Part shown: positions 1 to 16,900 of the stretch, piece after piece
Layout: every line of letters starts with the position of its first letter
Position numbering within the stretch: position 1 is the stretch's first letter
Assembly: GCF_009914755.1 (NCBI RefSeq)
Contig: NC_060946.1
Strand: one strand, 5' to 3'
DNA length: 64,000 nucleotides
From: the human T2T-CHM13v2.0 reference genome, Homo sapiens
The notes under the pieces: generated by a model
Told to the model about the DNA's origin: nothing
Seen by the model: only the letters and a program-made list of their open reading frames with translations
Database searches by the model: none
Position numbers and translations under genes: made by a program

Positions 1-1103
1 GATGCTGAGGGGGATGATGTAGATGATGAAGAGGAGGATGAAGAAGGAGGAAACAAGGAAAATGAGGAGGATAAGGATAGTGAAGAGGAAGAGTTTGATG
101 GCGACGAGGATGAAGATGAAAGTGAAGATGTAGACTATGAAGAAGGTGAATATGAAAGTGAAGATGTAGACTGTGAAGAAGATGAAAATGAAAGTGAAGA
201 TGTAGACTGAAGAAGGTGAAGATGAAAGTGAAGATGCAGACTGTAAAGAAGGTGATGATGAAAGTGAAGATGTAGACTGTGAAGAAGGTGAAGATGAAAG
301 TGAAGATGTAGACTGTAAAGAAGGTGATGATGAAAGTGAAGATGTAGACTGTGAAGAAGGTGAAGATGAAAGTGAAGATGTAGACGGTGAAGAAGGTGAT
401 GATGAAAGTGAAGATGTAGACTGTGAAGAAGGTGAAGATGAAAGTGAAGATGTAGACGGTGAAGAAGGTGATGATGAAAGTGAAGATGTAGACTGTGAAG
501 AAGGTGAAGATGAAAGTGAAGATGTAGACTGTGAAGAAGGTGAATATGAAAGTGAAGATGTAGACTGTGAAGAAGATGAAAATGAAAGTGAAGATGTAGA
601 CTGAAGAAGGTGAAGATGAAAGTGAAGATGTAGACTGTGAAGAAGGTGAAGATGAAAGTGAAGATGTAGACTGTGAAGAAGGTGAAGATGAAAGTGAAGA
701 TGTAGACTGTGAAGAAGGTGAAGATGAAAGTGAGGATGTAGACTGTGAAGAAGGTGATGACGAAAGTGAAGATGTAGACTATGAAGAAGGTGAAGGTGAA
801 AGTGAAGATGTAGACTGTGAAGAAGGTAAGATGAAAGTGAAGATGTAGACTGTGAAGAAGGTGAAGATGAAAGTGAAGATGTAGATTGTAAAGAAGGTGA
901 TGATGAAAGTGAAGATGTAGACTGTGAAGAAGGTGAAGATGAAAGTGAAGATGTAGACTGAAGAAGGTGAAGATGAAAGTGAAGATGTAGACTGTAAAGA
1001 AGGTGATGACGAAAGTGAAGATGTAGACTGTGAAGAAGGTGAAGATGAAGTCAGTGAGGAGGAAGAAGAATTTGGACATGATGAAGGGGTCAATGAAGAT
1101 GAA
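1..1103 (+). pseudogene. ANP32BP2: 3' (acidic-tail) part of an ANP32B processed pseudogene, interrupted by a 36-bp VNTR; probably ANP32BP2
   Basis: Frame 1 reads DAEGDDVDDEEEDEEGGNKENEEDKDSEEEEFDGDEDEDE and 1044-1103 reads DEVSEEEEEFGHDEGVNEDE. These match the recalled ANP32B tail (DAEVDGVDEEEEDEEGEDEEDEDDEDGEEEEFD...DDDEVSEEEEEFGLDEEDEDED). There is an in-frame TGA at 208-210 plus frameshifting short repeat units. The symbol is from memory of the locus; the 5' part lies outside the window. Confidence 0.8.
115..1043 (+). repeat. 36-bp minisatellite, 26 units, consensus GATGAAAGTGAAGATGTAGACTGTGAAGAAGGTGAA (DESEDVDCEEGE)
   Basis: Counted unit by unit: 22 units of 36 bp, three of 34 bp (187-220, 581-614, 938-971) and one of 35 bp (795-829). 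Confidence 0.97.
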
Positions 1104-1187
1104 TATAAAATACGTAACAGATGGTGGGCCTAAACCCAACTATATCAGTAACTACATTAAATGTAAATGGAATAAATGCTCCAATTA

Positions 1188-3046
<1,859 letters not shown>

Positions 3047-3131
3047 TTAAATTAAACCCAATATAAGCAGAAGGATGGAAATAAAGATGAGAGAAAATGA
3101 ATAAAATTACAAACAAAAAGATAGAGAAAAT

Positions 3132-3925
<794 letters not shown>

Positions 3926-4222
3926 AAAAATGAACAAAACCCAATTGTTGGTTCTTTGGCTTTTTGAAAAGATTAACAAAATAACTAAAAACCTGATAAC
4001 ATTGTCCAAGAAAAAGAGAGAAAACACAAATTAACAATACTGGGAAAGAAAGAGGGGATATCATTACAGATTCTACAGACATTAAGAAGATAATAGGGGA
4101 GGCTAGGCACAGTGGCTCACACATGTAATCCCAGCACTTTGGGAGGCCAAGGCAGGTGACCTCACCTGAGGTCAGGAGTCCAAGACCACCCTGACCAACA
4201 TGATGAAATCCCGTCTTTACTA

Positions 4223-4420
<198 letters not shown>

Positions 4421-4462
4421 TTAAAAAAGATAATAGGGGAACATTATGAACAACTTTACAGC

Positions 4463-4553
4463 AATAAATTTGACAACACATGTGAAATTAATAAATTTGA
4501 CAACACATGTGAAATTAATAAATTCCACAACACGTGTGAAATTAATAAATTCC
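4463..4553 (+). repeat. 27-bp tandem repeat (AATAAATTTGACAACACATGTGAAATT), about 3.4 copies
   Basis: Direct reading; units start at 4463, 4490, 4517 and 4544. Confidence 0.9.
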
Positions 4554-5056
4554 TTGAAAAACATAACTTACCAAATCTGACACAGGAGAAACTAAAAAAA
4601 TCTGAAGAGCCTTATATTTAGTAAGGAAATTTAGATTTGTAATTAAAACTACCTCACAAAGAAAACTTCAGGTTCTAATGGCTTTTCCAGAACACTTTTT
4701 TTTTTTTTTTTTTTTTTTTGAGATAGAGTCTCACTCTGTCACCCATACTGGAGTACAGTGGTGTGATGTCGGCTCACTGCAGCCTTTGCCTCCTGGTTCA
4801 AGCGATTCTCCTGCCTCAACCTCCGGAGTAGCTGGGATTACAGATGTGCACTACCACACCTGGCTAATTTTTGTATTTTTAGTAGAGATGGGGTTTCACC
4901 ATGATGGCCAGGTTGGTCTCGAACTCCTGACGTTAAGCAATCCATTTGCCTTACCCTCCCAAAGTGCTGGGATTACAGGCATGAGCCACCACGCCCAGCC
5001 TCTAGCACATATTTAAGGAAGAAATAATGTAACCAGTCTTATGGAAACAAGAAAGC

Positions 5057-5249
5057 AAGAAGGAGAGAAGGAAGGAAGGAGGGAAGGAAGGAAGGAAGGA
5101 GGGAAGGAAGGAAAGAAGGAAGGAAGGAAGGAAGGGAGGGAGGGAGGGAGGGAGGGAGGGAGGGGAAGGGAAGGGAGGGGAGGGGAGGGAGGAAGGGATG
5201 GAGGGGAGAGAGAGAAGGGAAGGGGAGGGGAGGGGAGAAAGAAAGAAAA
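5057..5249 (+). repeat. Polypurine (GGAA)n/(GGGA)n compound microsatellite
   Basis: About 190 bp that is almost purely A/G. Confidence 0.95.
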
Positions 5250-5524
5250 TTACAGACCAGTATCCCTCAACATATCCTCAACATGATTGTAGCCCATGGA
5301 ATCCCCCAATATATACAAAGGGTGAAGAATCCTGGCCAAATGCGATTTCTCCCAGAAATGTAAGGTTACTTGAATATTTGAAATCAATCTGTGTGATTTG
5401 CCTCATTGATAGAATAAACAATTGATTTCAGGTCGGGCTTGGTGGCTCACGCCTGTAATCCCAGCACTTTGGGAGGCCGAGGCGGGTGGATCACGAGGTC
5501 AGGAGATCGAGACCATCCTGGCTA

Positions 5525-5713
<189 letters not shown>

Positions 5714-7538
5714 TCAAAAAAAAAAAGATTGATTTCAATAGTTGCAAAAACAATGTTTTTAATCTTTCAGCAAATTAAGAATGGAAAGGAACTTCACCAA
5801 CCGGAAAGAAACCCGAAGAAAATCTACAGCTAAAGTCACAGTGAATGATGAGAGGCTACAGGCTTTCCGCAGGGCTCAGGAACAAGGCAGGGAGGTCAGC
5901 TCTTGTCACTTCCACTCCACCTCATTTCAGAGGCCCTAACCAGTCTCTACGCACTGACAACTCGATCATCCATGTAGAAGACGCTAAGGAATCTACAAAA
6001 CACCACCCAGGGCTTGGCTCCAGTGAGGAAGCATTGAATTGGGGAAGGGGGTGTCCAGGGTAGTCCTGGGAGGCCCAGGAAGGCTGAAAGGGGGAAGAGC
6101 TTCAGAAGCTGCCTCCACCCAGAAGGCCACCAAGGATGCTGAGTTATTTTAAGGCAGGCCAAGAGCCTGGGTTCCCTACACAGGCGAGGCTTGTTCTGGT
6201 TGGGAAACCTGAGAGCAGCAATTGAAGACAGATTGTTGGCGGGACTGCCCGGCCGCCGACCTCATGGCTAATCCCACTCCCTGGTACAGGATGTTTGGGC
6301 TGAGTGCAGGGACTCGCTGCCAGGTTCTCGGAGTGCACACTGGAGGGGTGGGGGGCAGGGTCTGGCTGCAAGGGAAAGGCCTCATCCCGGACTCCTTTTA
6401 TCCCCACGTTATACCCCCTGTGGTGTGGGAGGGGCAGCAGGGCAGCAAGAGCCATTCCCACGGGGAGGGGTGAGTGACTGTCCCCAGGAAGAGGGCCTCA
6501 GGAAGTGGAATCTGGCCCACATCGCAGCAGGTCGGGTTCTGCTAAGTTCATCCTCTCCAGCACCGCTGCCTTGGCTCAGGGCCTGGACCTAAGCCACAGG
6601 CCCTCATAGGCAGGCAACCCCCCCACCCGGAACACTTGAGCAAGGAGGGCCAGAGGTTCCAGGCTCAAGGGAGGCTGTGGGATGCGCACTGGTCCGGGAG
6701 CCCCAAACCTGAGATCTGCTCTTTGAAGGAAGCTTCTACTGAACTACTGGAAGGAGAGGGGAGGCCTCCAGTTCCAGCTCCCAAGACCCTTTCTGGGCTT
6801 CCAGTATTACAACCTTTGTCACACTTCTGGGGCTGGCTTTCCTGGCCTGGAAGGTCCCCAGGGCAGGTCCAACTCACACCTGCACCCCAGCCCCAAACTC
6901 AGAGCCTAGCAGCCAGCAAACACTCCTCAAACTGAACCAAAGACTCAGCCGCTGTGGCCAGTGGGATCCGGTCCAGGCTGAAGACAGAAGGCAGCCTGGC
7001 TTTCCCCTGGGACAAGTCCCGGGAGCAGATGAGTCTGTGCTGAAGCCAGAGCCAGCGGGACAGGGCCAGGAGGCTGGCAGCTCTCTGCTAGAGCTCCCAC
7101 TCCTCCAGCCCAGCCTGGCAAGGATGCCCACTGCCCAGGGCTGGGTCTCCTCCCCCAGTGAGCCTGCCGGGTCCTGTCACCATGGGGATAGCAGCCACAG
7201 ATGGTCCGCTGGACAACAGGCACAGCCACCAACCTGGGGCACAAGCTGCTCACTCCTCTCCTGCCCTCTTCCCCACAGTCAGGACAGGAGAAGGCTGCCT
7301 CTTCGGGGCCCTGGGAGAGGCTCCCCACTGCCAAAGCCCTCCCTCCAGGGACCAACAGGAGCAGCCCTGTGGGTGGACAGCTTGGACCTATCCCTGGTTG
7401 CAGTGAGAAAGAGCCCATGGCCATTGAAAACGCAGGGAGGCTCAATAAGGGGGGCACTGGGAAGGGCTTGGTGGAGGGTTTGGGCTTGTGCTGGGCGATT
7501 TGGGGAAGATGTAAGCTCAGGACCCCACTCTGGATTGA

Positions 7539-7914
<376 letters not shown>

Positions 7915-8560
7915 TAGCAAACCTTGTCTATGTGGCAGGGAGCCCGCAGTGAGGCTAAGGCTGTGATTGATGAAGCAGCTGTCCTCACTCCTGTTTGCTG
8001 AGACACAGGGAGTTTGGACATTCGGTGGCTTGGACGATGCTCCTGCAGTTGCCTGTGCTCAGACACGATGACGGAGGGGTCTTGCTTTTGTCCTGACCCA
8101 TCGCAGTCCTGGAGTGGCCTCGTCTGATGTTGTTGCTCCACGACATTGAAATTTGTGTGGTCCACAAGAAGACAGGCGGGTGTTTGGAGAGGGAGGGCTC
8201 CCCAGAGAAGGGGGAGAGCCATGGGGTGCACAACATGGGCCCTCCCCAGGGCCCCTCCAATGTTCAGGAAAATTACCAAACACGCTCGGGCAGGAGGGCT
8301 CAGCTGTGGGCGTGGCGGAGGGGCCAAACTCTGCCCTGAGGTCTCGGGGGGCTCTGGATCTCCTGTAGGGCTCAGGGGTGAGGCCGAGGGGCTGCCCGGC
8401 AGTGTAGCAGCCATCAGAAACCCAGAAACCTGGGGAGATGGCTGGGAGCAGGGGTGGACTCTCCCCCGTGAGAGGTCTGTGTGGGGCCCAGGGAAAGGCC
8501 CTCCTGACCTTGTTTGTGATAGTGGGCTCCATTCCCATTCTGTGACACAGGGCAGTGCCC

Positions 8561-9043
8561 TGTGTTAGTCCGACTGCATTACTAGGAAGGAATACCTGAG
8601 ACCGGGTCATGTACAAAGAGAAGCGGTTTAATTGGCTCACAGTCCGACAGGGTGTACAGGAAGCCTGGTGCTGGCAGCTGCTTCTGGGGAGGCCTCAGGA
8701 AGCTTCCAATCATGGTGAGAGGCAAAGAGGGAGCAGGCATCTCACCTGGCAAGAGTGGAAGCAAGAAGCCAAGGAGAGGGCATCCCAGACTTTTAACCAA
8801 CCAGATCTCCTGTGAATCAATGAAACAAGAGCTCACTCGTCACCAAGGAGGTGGCGCTAAACCATTCATGAGGGATCCGCCCCCATGAGCCAATCCCCTC
8901 CCGCCAGCCCCCAGCTCCCGCGCTAAACCATTCATGAGGGATCCGCCCCCATGAGCCAATCCCTCCCGCCAGCCCCCAGCTCCCGCGCTAGGAATCACTT
9001 TTCAACAGGAGATTTGGAGGAGACAAACACTCCAACCGTATCA
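8561..9043 (+). mobile_element. MST-family (MSTB-like) MaLR solo LTR with an internal 66-bp tandem duplication
   Basis: TGTGTTAGTCCG...AATACCTGAGAC...GGTTTAATTGGCTCAC...CTTCTGGGGAGGCCTCAGGAAGCTT...ACCGTATCA, with TG...CA termini. Confidence 0.85.
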
Positions 9044-9789
9044 GCCCCCAAGGTGGAGCTGGCACTTCCAGAGTCCAAAGGAGCCCAGAACCTCCTGAGA
9101 GAGACACAGCCGAGGGGCAAGCTCCCCCAACCCGACCAGCCCTGGGCTGGGAGCAGAGGGTGGGGTCCTCAGGCCTGGCTGGAGTCCGAGTCTCTTCCAG
9201 CTCCCACAGACTACTCTCACTCCACTTGCCAACCTGAGCTCGGCACACAGGTGTGGTGCACATATGTGGTACTCAGGTGTGATGCCCAGGAGTGATGCAG
9301 AGATGGGGCACACAGGTGTGGTGGACAGATGTGGTGCTCAACTATGAGGCACAGGTGAGGCATTTATATGAATCTGCAAGGTATCTTTCATTCCCCAGAT
9401 GTTCACCAAGCACCTACGGTGTGCCAAGCCCTGTGCTGTATACACAGAGCTGACACAGAGCCGAGAGCCAGGATCCTTGCTTTCGAGGACTTTCCACCCT
9501 AGAAGGGAAGAGAAGGAGGTGAGGAGGGCACAGCAACAGCTGCTCCTGCTTGTTATGCTCTGGAATTCACCCCTGCGTGGCCAGGGCTGAGGACCTCCCT
9601 TCACCCCTGCATGTGAAGTGCTGCCACCAAGCTGAGCATCTGAGACCAAAGGTCATGTCTGAGAAGCTAAAACGCAAAAGAAAAGCAGAGCACACGATGG
9701 GGAAAATACACACAAAGGTCATGTCGTTATTATTCAGAAAACTTTATTTCCCCTTCAAATCACAAAATGCTACACAGACACTACCTTTC

Positions 9790-9967
9790 TTTTTTTTTAT
9801 TATACTTTAAGTTTTAGGGTACATGTGCACAACGTGCAGGTTTGTTACATATGTATACATGTGCCATGTTGGTGTGCTGCAATTAACATTAGGTATATCT
9901 CCTAATGCTAACCCTCCCCCTCACCCCACCCCACAACAGGCCCCGGTGTGTGATGGTCCCCTTCCTG
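9790..9967 (-). mobile_element. Severely 5'-truncated primate L1PA 3' end (about 178 bp) with a perfect 17-bp TSD
   Basis: TTATTATACTTTAAGTTTTAGGGTACATGTGCACAACGTGCAGG is the L1PA 3' end; TSD CACAGACACTACCTTTC at 9773-9789 and 9968-9984. Confidence 0.95.
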
Positions 9968-10627
9968 CACAGACACTACCTTTCAATCACAGTCAGATCT
10001 GCAAGTCAAGAGGAAGGGCCCTTCAGCAGCTGCAGGGGGCGGGGTGGTCAGGGTGGCAGGGGTGAGGCCTGAGAGTCGAGGTAGCAGGTGTTCCAGGAGC
10101 CCCAGGCAGAGGCTGAGAGCTGCTTCCCTGTCCGGCCTGTCATCAGAAACTGGCTTCTGAGGTCATTTTCACCTCTCTCAGGAGACGCTGCAGCCCTGTT
10201 TGGGACAGAGTCTCCATCTTCCTTACACACCCCTGGCTGGCACGAGTGTCCCATGAAAGGTGCCCTGTGGGCACAAATGTGTGTAAAACTGTAAAGCACA
10301 TGCTTCAGGTGGGTAAGCACCTCCAGGAGGATGGAGCAGTGTTTGCCTGGGGAGGAGCCCATAGGGGCTTCCAGGTTCCAGTTCTGCCAGTGAGTGCTGG
10401 CGACGCTGGTGAGCTTGGGTGAGCTTTTTCCACATTATTCAAGTTCTTTTATACAGATAATATTCTTTGTAACATTTTAAGCACTCTATGGAAGGAAAAA
10501 TAATCTCGAAGCACCCAGGCAATCTCACAGCCCGGGAGCTCTGGATGGAAGGCCGTGGAACAGGGGTCCCATCCCGGGCAGAGAGGCTGGGTGGCAGAAG
10601 TCCCAGGCTCCAGTCACAGCCTTGCCG

Positions 10628-11456
<829 letters not shown>

Positions 11457-12474
11457 ATGGTGTGGCCCTGGGTTAGTCACTGTGCACTGTCGGGCCTGTC
11501 TCCCTGACTATGGTGACAGGGGACAGGGTAGGGTCCAGGGGTGCCCCCCAGTGCACAGAGCCCTCAGACAAGTCAGGTTTTCACTCAGTCCTTCAATGGC
11601 ACCAAAGGCCCTCTTGGCCTAGGCTACACAGGGGCAGTGGTGGGAGGTACCCAGACGCCCCCATCAGAGAACTACATTTCATACAGGGCTTTAGATTCAC
11701 AGAGCTCTTTTCTTAGCTGCAGGCTATAAACAAAGGCTCATTAACTATGTTTTAACGGCTCCATCCACCAATGGATAGGCAAATAAATGAAAGGATAAAC
11801 ATGTGAAATTAGCAAGTGCAATGGTCCCCATTGCAGGAGCAAGGAGCCTGGGGTCCCTCAAGAAGGGACTCAGCCTTAGTATTCAAGCTGCAGAGCCTGT
11901 GCCCTCTCCCTCCGATACATTGCCACGGTGCCCCCCTCGCCCTCAGGGTGTCAGGACGGTCCTGGCACGTGGTGGGTGCTGGCCACATCTGCTCACTCAG
12001 AGAAGAAGCGAAGGAAATGTGAGGTCAGGCCGCCACTGTGGCTGGGGCAGGGGCCTCACTTGAGCCTCCCAGCAGCTTCCCACAGTCTCACGTGACTGAG
12101 CAGCAGAAACACACACAGGCTGGGTTTCCTGCCAGGCCCCAGAGACATGCTCAGCTCTCACAGGGAGGAAGAGGCCAATGGGCTCGTGGTCACTGCCAGA
12201 GCTATGACAGGCACCCGCGTGCCTTTGAGGGGGTCCAGGTCTCAGCTGCCTTCTGGGTCACCTGAGGCACCTTCATGTTGACCCCAGTCCTGGGCCCCTC
12301 AGAGGAGAAGAGCTCAAAACCCTCTGAAAGCCAGCAGCATGGGCTCCAAGCCAGGGAGCCTGGGCTCAACCCTGGCTCTGTCAGGACTTGCTGTGTGGTC
12401 CTGGGCATGATGTATAACCTCTCTGAGCCTCAGTTTCCAATTCTGTAGAGTGGCAACAATAATATCTATCTGTT

Positions 12475-14990
<2,516 letters not shown>

Positions 14991-15812
14991 GTTTAATTAG
15001 AAGTGGGGGAGGTCCTAGTGGTCACACACCAAGAGGCTGGATTAGATGACCTCAAAGGTCCCTCCAAGGCCAGGACATCCCTCTTGGCAGCACGGGGCTC
15101 AGAACAGCTCCACCTCCTTCTGGCACCTCTTGGGCCGTTTCCAGCCCCACCCCAGTACTCGATCCAGGCACTGTCTGCCCAGTCTAGATGCCACCCAGAC
15201 ACTTTAGGCCCCTCTGTCCAGATGCCCTCTCCTCCCTCTAGGATGCCCCATCCTGCAGTTCAGGCAGAGCTGCTCACTCCCAGGGCCCTATGGACCCCAT
15301 TAGAGTACCTGGGGTCTGGCCGGGATGCTTGCTGTCCTGAAATCTGGTCACCAGGAAGGCCGGCCATCTGATCTGCCTCATGTCAACACTGTTTCTGGGG
15401 GATGAGTGGCTTAGCGTCAAACAAGCACAATGATGGAAGGGGAAAAAAAAAGCTTTACAACTGAATATGGACACAAATATTTGCACAATTGCATTCTAAA
15501 ACATTAAAACAATCACTACACCAAAACACAATAACCATAACCATCACCGCCCGAATGCCCACAGCCTGGCCTCTGGTACAGGACTTGTGGCTTCTACCAG
15601 GCACTGACTGTCAATCCTTTCGGGGATTCCTGGGACAGACACCACTGCTCCCCGCCCACTGCCCCCACCACAGCCACGTACCAACGGAGAGGTACTTAAA
15701 CAGGGTGAGGCTGTTTAAGTGAAGAGTGAAAAGAAGCCCTTTTCGAGACACTGGGGTGTGGGATGTGGGTTGTGGGGTGCAGGATGTGGGGTGCTGGATG
15801 TTTCCACCAGGG

Positions 15813-15956
15813 CAGTTCTTCTCAAACTTTACTGAACTCTGGAACCACCCAGAAGGCTTGTTAAAATAGGGGGCCCAACCCCGAGTTTTGCTTCTGTAGG
15901 TCCGGGGTGGGGCCAGGGACTCTGCACTAACGGAGGCCACACTTTGAGAACCACAG
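15813..15956 (-). mobile_element. MER5A-like hAT-Charlie DNA transposon relic next to the CpG island
   Basis: Terminal inverted repeats CAGTTCTTCTCAAAC / CTTTGAGAACCACAG and internal GGCTTGTTAAAA...GGGGTGGGGCC. Confidence 0.75.
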
Positions 15957-15999
15957 CCCTGGGCTGTTTTTGGTGCCAGGCCCATTCGTCTTCCCCTCC

Positions 16000-16900
16000 C
16001 TCCCCGCTCCGCCCGCGGCTGGACCCCGATCCCCGGGACAGGGACTGAGTCTGACCGTCTGATTTGTCCTCCCGGCTTCTAGCGCCCCGCTCAGGTCGGG
16101 GCTTGGGGAGGGGGCGCTCTCTGGACGTTTGCGGCCCGCCGAGGGGTGGGGTGAGGGCGTCACGGGCCGATCCGGGCCGCCGGGTGACCCGGGACGCCCC
16201 CTGCCCCGGCGGGCGCCGCCCACAGCCTGCGCAGTGCTCAGGGGCGGAGGCCGGGAGGGGGCCCAAGCGCCAGCCCCCCAGCTCCGGCGGACCCGGGTGG
16301 GCGTGCCCGCGGACCCGCTTGCCGCACTTAGGCGAGTCTCCCCTGCAGCGCCCCGAGTCCCTGGGGGCTGCGGCGGCTGCGGGCGCCCCCGCGCGGGCCC
16401 GAGGGGCGGGACGCGGCGGAGCGGGGCGGGGCGGGGCCTCCGCGGCCCCCTCCCCCGGCCCCGGGCTCCGGCTCCGGCTCCGGCTCTGGCTCTGCGCGGT
16501 GGCAGCGGCGGCGGCGGCGCGGGGACCGAGGTGAGCGGCGGCTACGGGTCCGGAGGCCCGGCCGGAGAGGGGACCGGGTGGCTGGGGTTGGGGGGCGGCA
16601 CGCGCGACCCTGCGGAAGGGGGGGCCCCGGGGCGGTGCCGGCGGAGCGGCGCGCGCGTGTGTGTGCGCGCGTAGGTGCGCGCGCGCGCGACGCCGACTGC
16701 GGGGCCCTAGGGTGGGGTAGGGGTCGGACGGAATCTGCGGGGCAGGGGCGGCCCCCTTGGGTGAAGGTCCAGCCTCTCCCACCCCAGCCTCCCGGGACCT
16801 CCCGAGCTCGTTCTCTCCCAGCCTCTCTCGCTCGCCCCCCGCCCCGCCCCCTTCCCTCTATCTCTGAGTTTGTCCGCGTCTCTGTGGGTGGGTCTCCGTC
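16000..16900 (+). promoter_or_regulatory. PRR5: CpG island / distal PRR5 promoter with tandem GC boxes
   Basis: Very CpG-dense; GGGGCGGGGCGGGG Sp1 boxes at about 16403-16437; followed by a strong splice donor. Confidence 0.85.
16450..16530 (+). other. PRR5: Non-coding first exon of distal-promoter PRR5 transcripts (start approximate)
   Basis: Donor GAG|GTGAGC after 16530 inside the CpG island; the leader has (GGCTCC)n and (GCG)n and no ATG. Confidence 0.7.

Noticed and set aside
115-1043. 36-bp periodic array as a CRISPR-like array
   Set aside because: Units are head-to-tail with no unique spacers, there are no cas genes, and the context is primate DNA.
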